From a virus (Duplodnaviria; Caudoviricetes): a DNA stretch of 64,000 bases. The notes below the pieces were generated by a model. It was not told the origin of the DNA. It ran no database searches and saw nothing but the letters and a program-made list of their open reading frames with translations. The stretch is from positions 34,884 through 98,883 of the IMG/VR virus record IMGVR_UViG_3300038428_000825, one strand, 5' to 3'. Position numbers and translations under genes: made by a program. Each line of letters opens with the position of its first letter. The first letter of the stretch is position 1. Of this stretch, positions 39,303-49,344 are shown piece by piece.

Positions 39303-40091
39303 ATGAACACTTCCACGCAGATTCAACGCGTAAACAGCTTGACCTATGCGGACGTCGCAGGCCTGAATGTCGGCCTCACTCGTATGCAGGGCGAGGACTC
39401 CGTTGCTTTCCTCGAACGCTGCTATCTGGCCACGACGTGCCGCCAGGACAGCACCTATGAAGGCGAGCAGGACCAGGTTTGCTTGCAGCTTGGTTTGAAC
39501 CAGTGGGCAGGAATCGCAGTCAGCTCCACGTCTCTCAGCATGACCATTATGGTGTGCATCGGGTTGGTCACGGTCGTTCTGAATGGTGTCACTTACACCA
39601 TCCCTACGGTGACGATGGCTCCCGACGATTACTGGGTCTGGAGAAAGATCAGCGATGTCGTGAACGACCTGAATGCCATCACAAGTGTGACGGCAACTCT
39701 GCTCGGCCCGGATGGGCCGGCGCTTCAGATCGCCAAGCAGAGCAATCAGTTCACGGTGCCCAGTGAAGCCATCACCATGACCGACCAGATGCTGGCTCAT
39801 GCCAATGTGATCGAGTCCTCTCTCACCTTCAGTGTGGCGCCGGGCAGTTACGTTTTCAATCCTCAAACCGGAGAGCTGATCTTCTCCGGTACCTTGCCGT
39901 CCGGTTTGTCCGTGGCTTACCAGTACATCGCCATGCCCTACAACATCGTGTGCAGCGAGTTGGGCCTGTTTGGCTTGGTCGAACCTTCGCTGGCTACCGT
40001 GGGCGTTAGCTCTGACAACGTGCTTGCTTACCAACTCCGCGAAGTCGTGCAGGCCGTGATGAATGCGGATCCCTCCTACTGGGCACAATAA
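39303..40091 (+). CDS. Baseplate-region structural protein
   Basis: Contiguous ORF in the operon; GLTRMQGEDS.AF.ER resembles wedge/tail-I motifs. Confidence 0.55.
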   Translation: MNTSTQIQRVNSLTYADVAGLNVGLTRMQGEDSVAFLERCYLATTCRQDSTYEGEQDQVCLQLGLNQWAGIAVSSTSLSMTIMVCIGLVTVVLNGVTYTIPTVTMAPDDYWVWRKISDVVNDLNAITSVTATLLGPDGPALQIAKQSNQFTVPSEAITMTDQMLAHANVIESSLTFSVAPGSYVFNPQTGELIFSGTLPSGLSVAYQYIAMPYNIVCSELGLFGLVEPSLATVGVSSDNVLAYQLREVVQAVMNADPSYWAQ

Positions 40092-43000
40092 TGATCGGTT
40101 TCTACCAAGACGCAGCACTTCAAGACTCGGCTGTGGCGGCCACGCCAAAGCGATTCCTGTTGCCCCTCGCCGGCGGTGTCAAGCCAGGCACTCTTTATCT
40201 CGGCGACCCTTACACGGCGACGGTCACTGCACCTGCTGCCATCGGCGCGGCCGTGGTCTCTCTCGATCAGACTTTCCAGTTTCCGGCATCGGGTTCCGCG
40301 GTTGTCTACGTCCCGGCAAACGGATCGACCGCTGCTTCCCAGATGACCATCAGCTATACCGGGACGAGCAACAACAGCCTCACCGGGGTTACAGGCATCA
40401 TCCAAACCATCGGCGACGAGTATCTGATTCGCCCGAACATTGTGTGGCGCTCGCGCGGCAACGTGGTGTTCTTCGGCTCCGGTTCGGATGTGCCTAACAA
40501 CCTGCTGGTGGCGTTTGGGGTTCCCACAAACCCTTCAGCTTCGTGCCGATCAACGGCCTTCGGGGTTGCGGGTGGCGCGTACATTTCTGCGGCTCAATCA
40601 ATCGCCGCCGGCGCCGAGAACATGATGCGCATCGACATCAGCGTGACAGTTTCGCCGGGTGTGCAGCAGGAGTTCACCAACTGGGGAGTGTCAACGAGTT
40701 CGTTCTTCGCGTATCAATCAGGAAACACCTCAGCCATTCCGACGACGGCTCTGGGTGTTGTTCCGATGGCTGCTGGTTATGTGATCCGCCGTGATCAGAT
40801 GGTTCCTCTGGCAGCTCGTCTGTTGCCATCCAACCGTCAGGTGTCTGCCACGACTCCCGGCTTTGTGATTGGCCAGTACCGTTGGCGCGACGAGGACGAG
40901 ATCAATGCCGCGGCGCTTGTGCCCATCGAATGGGATGCAGATGTGAACGCGATCGGGATCGACAAGTTCACCAGCGGAATTGGTGACAACAACGATCTCC
41001 AGCCGTTGGAGTTTGTGGAAGGCACGGGCAACGACGCCAACTCCGTCTTCCTCCAGATCCAGGACGGTTCGTACTTTGCCGGGCCCGTGCGTTACTTCCT
41101 GCCGGGCACACCGGGTTTGGAGTTTCATCCCGGTACGGTGCTCACACACATTCTGGCAAACCAGCCTAATCCCAACAAGCCGATCTTCGTAGGAACCTGG
41201 CAGCAGAATTCTGACGGTTTCTATTCAGTTGCCACCAGCTATCGCTACCAGGCATCCGCCTTTGTGAACGACGGCAGCCCGCAGTTCCAGTTGAACCAGG
41301 CGACAAAGTCGATCACGATCAATCAGCCCCTGACTCAGCAAACTCTGTTCCTCGGCGTTCTCGGCGGGACAGGAAACGACACGTTCAACCTGCCGGTGTA
41401 CCCGATCTATTCCATTCAGAATATGTACATCGCGCTGGGCGGCGACCTGGGAACTGCGGCGCTCAACAGCTTCGACTTCGATTCCGACGATGGCACGGTC
41501 TCCGTCACCTCGACACCGGGCGGCCTCTACACACAAGGGCAGCCCGTCTATGCGGTGTGCAATCCCGCGATTGCCCTCCAGTACGAGCTGGCGGCTCAGA
41601 CCTATGCCACGTCGCACACCTACAGGCTCTCGACGGCGGGTCAGGGGCTCATCCAGGCCCTGGCCAGCTTGAACCCGAGTCTGACCTATTCGTCCGGTAT
41701 CTGGGTCGATGGTGCTCTCGCTTACAACCTCTCGGCATCCTACAACGTCCTGGTCGTCGACCGGGCAACGATGGTGAACGACTCCTTCACGACATTCGAG
41801 ATCATGGGAAGCCAGGCCGCTGAAGCCGAAGTGATGGCCAAATTCCTGAACAGTCTGGACTCGAGCAAGATCGTCATCATCGTGTCTTACGGTGATCCTC
41901 AACCCAACCGGCTGGTTCCTGATTTGCTTGCTGCCATTCGGAACTGCGGAGGAGGCCCGGTTTACACGTCCGCGGCATTCTGCGCGGAGTCCGCCTACAT
42001 CCTCGTGGGTATTCCTGGGATTGGATATGGAAATGGCTTGGAGTATTACAAGGGTTCGGGTGACAACGATCCGACAGCGTCTTTGTGTATCCCGCTGACC
42101 ATCACCGCCGGCAATGTTCCGGGCATCAACACCCCCGTGATTCCTTCGGCAGCCAACACGACTACGAACACACGGCAGCTTCCGGTTGACTTGAATCCTG
42201 CGTTCTCCGGCATCACCAGCGGGTTTGTCTACCTCCAGCACAGACAGCTCGCGCCTGTCTCAATCTCTCTGGCCTGCGACAAGCCTCTGATTGCGATCCC
42301 TGCAACCCTTGAGTCGATCATCGATCTGGTTGCCTACGGTCCGGTCTATTTCAACGGAGACTATTCCCTCCTGAGTGCAACGGCTCATGGACCTCTCAAT
42401 GGAGAGGTCGTTCCCAACGTGACCATGAAGGTTGTGGTGGACACGGACACCTGGTCGGGTCTGATCAATTACCAAGATCCGACTGCGGAAGAAGTCACGG
42501 TCACCACCGGCGCGGACGGCGTTGTGAACATGATCTACACGCCCAAGGCCGATTGGGGTGTCTACGTTCCGACAACGGCCGCCGGCAGCGGCCTGGCGGG
42601 CATCAAAGAAACCTTCCAGGCCGGCGATACGGTTGTCCTTCCAGAAGCTCTGCCGATCTCACAGGTGTGGGATGGCGCCAACTGGCTCGTCACTCTCTAC
42701 TCCGTGCTGGACAACAGCCCGATCTACGGGATGATCGGCGCCAACACCATTCAGGGCCAGGTTCCATGGACAACATCGGGAACACCCGGTGAAGCGAACT
42801 ACAAGACCAATGGCCAGCTCGTGGCATGGATCGGTCCGAACACCGCACAAGTCACACTGGCTGCCGCCATCGGCGCATCGAGTATTTCCCTGAATCAGAC
42901 TGGCAACTTTCCGGCATCCGGAACGGCCGTTGTCGACAACATGATCGTTGCCTACACCGGCAAGACCGCGACAGCCCTGACAGGTGTCACAGGCATCACG

Positions 43001-43396
43001 GCGGCCATTTCCGTCGGCGATCTGATTTACCCGCCCAGGACTGCACAAGGCCCGATCGTACCGATCGAGGCGTTGGATGTGAACGGGAACAACTTCACCT
43101 CGTCTTTGTTCACCGGCGAGGTTGTGGCTCTGGTTTATGCCCAGCCGATCCCGTCTTCCACCACAACGGGCGCTTACTTCCTGACGTTCCTTCAGCGCGT
43201 CCAGATCAATCTTCAAGTCGTCGACTCGAATCTGTCTTCGAACACGGTCCTGCTGCAGATGGCCGATCCGCCTCTGATCATTGAGAATCCGTGGCTCGTT
43301 CTCAGCGACGCCATTCAGGGTTACCTGGCCCAGTACAGGCTCGGCCAGTCCAATGCAGGTTCGTCATCCGGCCCTACATCACTGCCTCCCGGCTAA
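40091..43396 (+). CDS. Large baseplate/tail protein with an ILEI/PANDER-like domain
   Basis: YNVLVVDR...MAKFLNSL...IVIIVSYGD...AIRNCGG...SAYILVG..G at about 41690..42060; beta-rich elsewhere. Confidence 0.7.
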   Translation: MIGFYQDAALQDSAVAATPKRFLLPLAGGVKPGTLYLGDPYTATVTAPAAIGAAVVSLDQTFQFPASGSAVVYVPANGSTAASQMTISYTGTSNNSLTGVTGIIQTIGDEYLIRPNIVWRSRGNVVFFGSGSDVPNNLLVAFGVPTNPSASCRSTAFGVAGGAYISAAQSIAAGAENMMRIDISVTVSPGVQQEFTNWGVSTSSFFAYQSGNTSAIPTTALGVVPMAAGYVIRRDQMVPLAARLLPSNRQVSATTPGFVIGQYRWRDEDEINAAALVPIEWDADVNAIGIDKFTSGIGDNNDLQPLEFVEGTGNDANSVFLQIQDGSYFAGPVRYFLPGTPGLEFHPGTVLTHILANQPNPNKPIFVGTWQQNSDGFYSVATSYRYQASAFVNDGSPQFQLNQATKSITINQPLTQQTLFLGVLGGTGNDTFNLPVYPIYSIQNMYIALGGDLGTAALNSFDFDSDDGTVSVTSTPGGLYTQGQPVYAVCNPAIALQYELAAQTYATSHTYRLSTAGQGLIQALASLNPSLTYSSGIWVDGALAYNLSASYNVLVVDRATMVNDSFTTFEIMGSQAAEAEVMAKFLNSLDSSKIVIIVSYGDPQPNRLVPDLLAAIRNCGGGPVYTSAAFCAESAYILVGIPGIGYGNGLEYYKGSGDNDPTASLCIPLTITAGNVPGINTPVIPSAANTTTNTRQLPVDLNPAFSGITSGFVYLQHRQLAPVSISLACDKPLIAIPATLESIIDLVAYGPVYFNGDYSLLSATAHGPLNGEVVPNVTMKVVVDTDTWSGLINYQDPTAEEVTVTTGADGVVNMIYTPKADWGVYVPTTAAGSGLAGIKETFQAGDTVVLPEALPISQVWDGANWLVTLYSVLDNSPIYGMIGANTIQGQVPWTTSGTPGEANYKTNGQLVAWIGPNTAQVTLAAAIGASSISLNQTGNFPASGTAVVDNMIVAYTGKTATALTGVTGITAAISVGDLIYPPRTAQGPIVPIEALDVNGNNFTSSLFTGEVVALVYAQPIPSSTTTGAYFLTFLQRVQINLQVVDSNLSSNTVLLQMADPPLIIENPWLVLSDAIQGYLAQYRLGQSNAGSSSGPTSLPPG

Positions 43397-43435
43397 TCGT
43401 TGGTCCGCAGTTTCCAATTTCCAAACGAGGTTTTC

Positions 43436-45046
43436 ATGTCCACTTTCAATCAGGCACGCTATCGCTATATCGACTGGATTGCTGAGCGCATTCTCGAAGC
43501 CAGCGAACTGGACAGGCTTCAGCAGATCATGCAGGGTGTTGCTCCCGATGACGTCACGCGCTGGGCTTGGGATCTGGGTGCGATCTACAAGGAAGGCGCA
43601 ACCTTCAATGTGACTCCCACGGTCGCCGGAACAACCGTGACCCTGACGGCGACCAATTCCTCGCAGCCGATGCTGGTGTTCGTTCGCGGACGTTGGGAGA
43701 TCCTGCAGACCAGCGAAGCGCCCCCGGTTACCTTGACGTCGGGACAGACTAATCTCTACCTGAACTGGCAGTTGGTCATCGTCAACAACACCGTTGATCC
43801 ATCGCTGGTCGATTCCGCCACAGGAGAGCCCACGGCCGAGATGGGGCAGCTGGTGCTGCAGGTGGCAGCGGCGGACACGTCTACCACGACGTTGAACACC
43901 TCCCTTTACTTCCAGCAGAACTCGAACCCGATTGTGCTGTTCTCCTTTGCAGTGGCATCCGGGACAGGCGTTCTCACGGTGGTGAGTTCTTCAGGCGTCA
44001 AGATTCAGGCATTGGCGTCTGGCGCGAAGGCCGGCATGGTCTCTTTGACCACCACGACATCGAGCGGCCAAGCTCTGTCGTCCGATGATCCGAGTGTGAC
44101 CAACTCCCGCAACCCGAATCCGCTGAGTGTGACGGACGCCGCAGTGCGCGTGCCGGTGCTTTCCGGAAGCAATACGCTGCCGATCGGCACAGGAGCGGGA
44201 CAAGATCCTGGTGGCATCTCCACTGCCAAACTCATTCACGTTCCAACCAGCCAGACCGGGGCTACAGTCATCGAGGCGGTGCGCGCGCAGACCAATGCCA
44301 CTCAGGCAGCCTTTGCGGCCCACGCGCCGGCGCCTCTCGGCAACGGCGTTCATCAGATGCCCACTGCATCTCAAGTTGGGGCAGCTCCCGCCAGCCACGT
44401 CGGCCAGGTGCTTGGACTCTCCACTTCCCATCCCCCGGAGGTCGACGCCGATTCAGGTGGCTTTGAGGTTCTCCGCGATCCGGGAGCGGCCGCGGCTGCC
44501 ATGGATCCCGGTTTCGGGATTCTCATGGCCAACGTCCTTCAGTCAGGATTGCTGCACAACGGCGATGTCTATGGGCTTTTGAGCCAGGGCATTACCGCCT
44601 ATCCCGGCGCGGTGGACGGCGACGGCCCCATGACTACAACTTCCCTGGGTCTTATGAGCGCAATCGCCAGCATTCTCGTGGGGCACGTCAACAAGGTCAG
44701 CCACAAGAACCCACACGGAATCACGCTGCCCGATCTCGGTCTCACCATCTCATACGACTTCGTGGCGAACAACGGCTACATCAAGTTTGCCATGGGAACC
44801 AACGTGTTCATGATTCAGTGGGGCACGATGGCATCTGTGGGGAACAGCGCACCTGGTTCATCCTTCTCCTTCAATCCGGCGTTTCCCAACAACTGCTTCG
44901 GGGTGTATGGAGTGGCAGTTTGCCTTCCAGGATTCGATTCTGGATTCTTTGTTCTCTCTGACACTCCCAGCACGTATGGCTTTACAGCCTACGTTGGCGG
45001 ACCGCCTTCTGCCCGGACCGTCTACTGGATCGCAGTCGGTAACTAA
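43436..45046 (+). CDS. Tail fibre protein with gp53-like C-terminal domain
   Basis: GAGG RBS; ILEASELDRLQ N-terminus; HKNPHGIT; NGYIKF...IQWG...F..AFPNNCF...YWIAVGN C-terminus. Confidence 0.75.
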   Translation: MSTFNQARYRYIDWIAERILEASELDRLQQIMQGVAPDDVTRWAWDLGAIYKEGATFNVTPTVAGTTVTLTATNSSQPMLVFVRGRWEILQTSEAPPVTLTSGQTNLYLNWQLVIVNNTVDPSLVDSATGEPTAEMGQLVLQVAAADTSTTTLNTSLYFQQNSNPIVLFSFAVASGTGVLTVVSSSGVKIQALASGAKAGMVSLTTTTSSGQALSSDDPSVTNSRNPNPLSVTDAAVRVPVLSGSNTLPIGTGAGQDPGGISTAKLIHVPTSQTGATVIEAVRAQTNATQAAFAAHAPAPLGNGVHQMPTASQVGAAPASHVGQVLGLSTSHPPEVDADSGGFEVLRDPGAAAAAMDPGFGILMANVLQSGLLHNGDVYGLLSQGITAYPGAVDGDGPMTTTSLGLMSAIASILVGHVNKVSHKNPHGITLPDLGLTISYDFVANNGYIKFAMGTNVFMIQWGTMASVGNSAPGSSFSFNPAFPNNCFGVYGVAVCLPGFDSGFFVLSDTPSTYGFTAYVGGPPSARTVYWIAVGN

Positions 45047-45063
45047 CTCGTTTGGAGAATGCA

Positions 45064-46614
45064 ATGCCGCCAACTGGAATCCAGACTTTCTACTATGGCA
45101 AGAACCTGCCGGCCCGTGCCATCGCCATTGCACAGGTGACGGCCGAAGACGTGAGTCCCGCCGACCTGATCGATATTGTGAACACACCATACCTGCCCGG
45201 TTCGCTGGGCATCTGGGCGGCATCGGAAGGTCTTGCCACTTCTCCGAACTTCACGGCTCCTGACTACAACCAATCGGTGACGATCACTGGCGATGTTCTG
45301 TACATGGTCCAGAACCAGTTCTTTCAGATCACCAATCAGTTCGCCGCCGATGGAGTGACACCGCTCTACTTCTACCACAACTTCGGGCAGTCGGTGTCTG
45401 GCGCGACGATCCTCAATCTGGACGGATCAGTGGTCACACCAGCACCAACTGTGTTGTTCAGCGGCAATTGGATGTACCACGATGTTCCTTCTACGCTCGC
45501 CTTTCATGTGCGTTATGTGGACAGTGCCGGCCGAGTTCAGATCAGCCTGCTTCACTACAACCAGGTGATGCCTCTGAGCACCAATGGAGACACTTCCAAG
45601 GGCTACGCTTTCATGGGTGGAATGATCGAGCTTGCCAGCGCGGCCGTCTCTTACTCCATCCGCTTTCTGGTGCAGAACGGCTACCAGGCGCTGCCTCCTT
45701 ACGAGGCGCCCTCCTATCTGCCATGGTTCCCGCGCGTACGATTCTCGCTGCAGCCTCCGGCTTTGGAATATCCCATCCAGAGTTTCCTGCCCACCCGGCC
45801 GTATCTGCTGGGCTATTGGATTCCGGGCACGGTCCTCGGGCCCAACCTGATCCAGTTCGACAGGCATGGGATCTACAACGACCCCAACCATCTGCCCGAC
45901 ATCGTTGTATTCGACAGCAACCAGAAGATCAAGTACGCGATGGATGGCTCTGCAAATGGAGAGCCTGAAACGCACGGCACGCTCTATCCCTGGAAGCGAA
46001 ATCAGATATCGGATGTCGATCCTTTCACGGGCAGAGTGGCTGTTGTGCCCACGGTGCTCACCACCGACACCGTCTATGGGTTCTACTCCTACTTTGAGCC
46101 GGACGTTGTTTACACAGCGCTGGATGTGAATCCTGTCACCAACCCCAGCATCAAGAACACGGTCATCTGCTTTTACTACCGTGCCACAAGCAATCCCTTG
46201 CAGGAGATTTACCACCAGGTCTTCAACGATTCAGGCCCGATCGCGGGGATGACCAACGATCCCAACCCTCCGACCTGGAGCGGACAGACCCCGGCGAGTG
46301 GGACCGTCTTTGCCGAGATGGTTGTGGGTGTCTCCTTCGGCATTGCAACCTTTGAAATGACCGACGTCCGCACCCGCGGCGGCGGGCTCGCCCCGGCCTA
46401 TCAGAACATTCCCCAGGCGGACAACTTCTGGGATCTCGGCTACCTTGATGGGCGGCCTTACCCAGTCGGCGGGGCTTTGGTGGTCTACCTGCCAACGCGC
46501 ATTCTGAACACAATGACCCGTGATGTGGTTACCGGCATCGTCAATTCCGTTCTGCCAATGGGAACCATTGCCGCGATTCGCTACTACGATCCGGAAGGAA
46601 ACGAGTCAGTCTAA
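45064..46614 (+). CDS. Baseplate/tail structural protein
   Basis: GGAG RBS; C-terminal DVRTRGGGL...WDLGYLDGRPYP.GGALVVYLP. Confidence 0.65.
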   Translation: MPPTGIQTFYYGKNLPARAIAIAQVTAEDVSPADLIDIVNTPYLPGSLGIWAASEGLATSPNFTAPDYNQSVTITGDVLYMVQNQFFQITNQFAADGVTPLYFYHNFGQSVSGATILNLDGSVVTPAPTVLFSGNWMYHDVPSTLAFHVRYVDSAGRVQISLLHYNQVMPLSTNGDTSKGYAFMGGMIELASAAVSYSIRFLVQNGYQALPPYEAPSYLPWFPRVRFSLQPPALEYPIQSFLPTRPYLLGYWIPGTVLGPNLIQFDRHGIYNDPNHLPDIVVFDSNQKIKYAMDGSANGEPETHGTLYPWKRNQISDVDPFTGRVAVVPTVLTTDTVYGFYSYFEPDVVYTALDVNPVTNPSIKNTVICFYYRATSNPLQEIYHQVFNDSGPIAGMTNDPNPPTWSGQTPASGTVFAEMVVGVSFGIATFEMTDVRTRGGGLAPAYQNIPQADNFWDLGYLDGRPYPVGGALVVYLPTRILNTMTRDVVTGIVNSVLPMGTIAAIRYYDPEGNESV

Positions 46615-47141
46615 TGGCAAAACCCTTCTATCTCATCTGGCAGGAAGGAACAACCGTCCTCGAAGGCTACGACGGCGCCAACTGGATCGACGGTCAGTTG
46701 ACCTTTCCTATCGTGTTCCCCGGCGTCACGACCGCGGCTCAGGCGCTCTCGCTGAGTTCTTCTGCCAGCATCAATCTGACGTTCGAGACACTGATCAACG
46801 TCGCCTTCTATCTGACAGGCAGCGATGCGCCTACGGTGCAAGGCGAGTGGCCTTACATCACCGATGCCTATGGCAACGCGACGGCGTCGGTAACCGGCGG
46901 TGTTGAGATCAGCTTCGACAACGGCCTGACCTGGAACCGCTTCTCGAACACGGTCGGTCTGGAAAGCACTCCCTCCACATGGCTGCCGCTTCCTCAGGAA
47001 GCGGTCGGTTCTGTTGGCGTGACCGGCCAGATCGGGGCCTTCGACACAGCTCACATGCTGGTGCGATATGTCATCCCTCCATCGGTCTCTCTGACCAAGG
47101 TTCTTGACGTTCAACTGCAAGTCGATTGCGACGTGGTGTAA
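46614..47141 (+). CDS. Hypothetical structural protein
   Basis: TAATG-coupled; beta-rich. Confidence 0.6.
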   Translation: MAKPFYLIWQEGTTVLEGYDGANWIDGQLTFPIVFPGVTTAAQALSLSSSASINLTFETLINVAFYLTGSDAPTVQGEWPYITDAYGNATASVTGGVEISFDNGLTWNRFSNTVGLESTPSTWLPLPQEAVGSVGVTGQIGAFDTAHMLVRYVIPPSVSLTKVLDVQLQVDCDVV

Positions 47142-47144
47142 AGA

Positions 47145-49337
47145 ATGCAACTCCTCGGGAACTATCAGTCCACACTCAGCTCGTCCTACTACCAGCAGCT
47201 CGTGACGCTGTTGCAGCAGGCGATCCAGGCAGGCGACTTCGGTGGCGGTCAGGTGTTCGACCAGGCCGCCCTGGTGGCCCTTCAGAAGCAGGCGCAGAAC
47301 TTCTCCACACTGCCGCAGCCTTCCGCTGGCCAGGTGGTGACGGATGAGTCGTTCAACAATCCCTTCACCTTGCTGGCTGCCCAGTTCACCGCACTGTTGA
47401 ATGAGTCGAATGCCTTTGCGACGCAGATGGCTGCTCTGCTCTCAGTCCTCGGCAAGGACACGGCTCTTGTCGATCAGCTTCTGGCCGAGGCCGATCTTCA
47501 GACATGGGCCAGCACAATTCCCGCGGTGACCGGCGCCACTCCTATCATGTGGGATTTCGGAGTGGGCTACGGTCCGATCGCTCCCCTGTCCTTGACAGGA
47601 ATCTGGACCGACCCTGCCACGAGCGCGACCTACCCCAACAATCCGACGTTGTCTTCCAATCTGGCGACGGTGCTTCTTCCAGGGTTGACTGCTACCGCGT
47701 CAGGGTTGACTTGCCCACAGAACATTGCCACGGTGCCGGTCAATAACCTGACCTGGACGTACACCAAGGGCAATGCGCAGGTCGAGGTTTTGAACCAGGA
47801 CAGTTGGACAAAGTTGACCCTGCTGGAACCTCAGCCTCTCATCAACTTCTCTTCCACGCCGAGTGTTACACCTGCGGCGAGTCCGTTTGTTGTGACTGGA
47901 ACTTCAAACCTCGGTTCGCTTCCGGTTTACATCCAGACGTCCTTTGTTGGACGGCAAAGGCACACCACCGCTTCGGCCACCAACGGAACGACGATCTCTC
48001 TGTCTCCCTACAGGGTGTACACCGATGAAGTCTTCGTCTTCGTCGGATATGGCACCACCAAGCAGCAGTTGCTTTCCTCGGCCACCGATTACACGGTGGA
48101 TCAGTACGGCAACTTCACACCCATCACACTCGCCGCGGCCGCCACGACAGTCGACATCTTCTTTGAGGAAGAGTTCCCGGCGTACCAGTGCTCGGTTGAT
48201 CAGGTCAACTGGTCGCCTTTGCTCATGCTGGACCCGGATCGGCCATATCCGGACGGAGCCACCTCGTTCCCGCCGATTGCTTGGAGTATGGACAGCAAAG
48301 GGAACCTTGCCCTGCCCGTCACCGACGAGATCGGCACGCCGACAGGGATGTACATCGAGATCGGATCGGCAGTTCCGACGCAGGCTTACCTCTTGCAGGC
48401 GGTGGGCCAGGCTTCCCCAAACACGGTGGGAGCCACGGCGCTGCTTGAAATCGACTTCGCCCAGCTCAGCTATTTGACGGTTCTCAGAATGACGCCGTTC
48501 ACAACTTTCCCCATGATTCTGACAAAAGTAGAGATTCAGGGGATAACAACCAATACTAGACAGACAGTGTGGAGTGGTTCGACACCGATCGACCAGCCAA
48601 CTGCTCTCCACCTTGACCAGATAATGGGTATTAACCCGTTGGTTTCAAAGGTGTTCCTGACGTTTTACCAGCCGAACTACTCCCTGAAACAGCAAACGGT
48701 TACCCCTCCTGACGCCCTGCGCTTGAATGTCATGAGCCAGTTGCAGGCAGTTCTTCCGTTCAATGCCCGCAATGTGGTTCCTCCGCCGGCCGTCGTCTAC
48801 ACAGGTGCCCAGTATGAGTTTGGGGTGGCTGATGTTTCCGGAGAAGCCTGGACGGCCTCTTCAGGTGTGTTTGTTTCAGGTCCAAATAGGTTTGTGGGCA
48901 TCCCTGAACTGATCCGGTTTGATGCGGTTTCCACGGATGGTATTTCCAACGCTACCTACACGGGCACCTACGTTCCTCCGAATCTCATCAACAAGATTCC
49001 CTCTGCTCAGAACTCGTCGGGGTCGTTGGCACACATGATGAGTGGCGAGTCCTTGGCTATGTCAGAGGACACCTCGGGCGGTCCAGTCGACTTCTACCTG
49101 TGCTTTCAGGCCTTCGACAATACAGGCACAGTGATCAAACAGAATCTGACTGGGTATCTGTTGCCTGCAGGAGGCAGCGGCCAGTGCTTCTCTTTCACCT
49201 ACCCGTTTATCAATGGATGGAGCATCGGATCTGGTGCCCTTTCTCAAATCGATCATGTCGATTTCTACATCAAGATTGTCCATCGGAGCTCGTCGGCCGT
49301 CGCCCAGCATTACATGTTGCAAGTGACCGGCCAGTAA
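47145..49337 (+). CDS. Structural protein (helical N-terminus, beta-rich body)
   Basis: 730-aa contiguous ORF; Thr/Ser-rich. Confidence 0.65.
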   Translation: MQLLGNYQSTLSSSYYQQLVTLLQQAIQAGDFGGGQVFDQAALVALQKQAQNFSTLPQPSAGQVVTDESFNNPFTLLAAQFTALLNESNAFATQMAALLSVLGKDTALVDQLLAEADLQTWASTIPAVTGATPIMWDFGVGYGPIAPLSLTGIWTDPATSATYPNNPTLSSNLATVLLPGLTATASGLTCPQNIATVPVNNLTWTYTKGNAQVEVLNQDSWTKLTLLEPQPLINFSSTPSVTPAASPFVVTGTSNLGSLPVYIQTSFVGRQRHTTASATNGTTISLSPYRVYTDEVFVFVGYGTTKQQLLSSATDYTVDQYGNFTPITLAAAATTVDIFFEEEFPAYQCSVDQVNWSPLLMLDPDRPYPDGATSFPPIAWSMDSKGNLALPVTDEIGTPTGMYIEIGSAVPTQAYLLQAVGQASPNTVGATALLEIDFAQLSYLTVLRMTPFTTFPMILTKVEIQGITTNTRQTVWSGSTPIDQPTALHLDQIMGINPLVSKVFLTFYQPNYSLKQQTVTPPDALRLNVMSQLQAVLPFNARNVVPPPAVVYTGAQYEFGVADVSGEAWTASSGVFVSGPNRFVGIPELIRFDAVSTDGISNATYTGTYVPPNLINKIPSAQNSSGSLAHMMSGESLAMSEDTSGGPVDFYLCFQAFDNTGTVIKQNLTGYLLPAGGSGQCFSFTYPFINGWSIGSGALSQIDHVDFYIKIVHRSSSAVAQHYMLQVTGQ

Positions 49338-49344
49338 GAAGACT

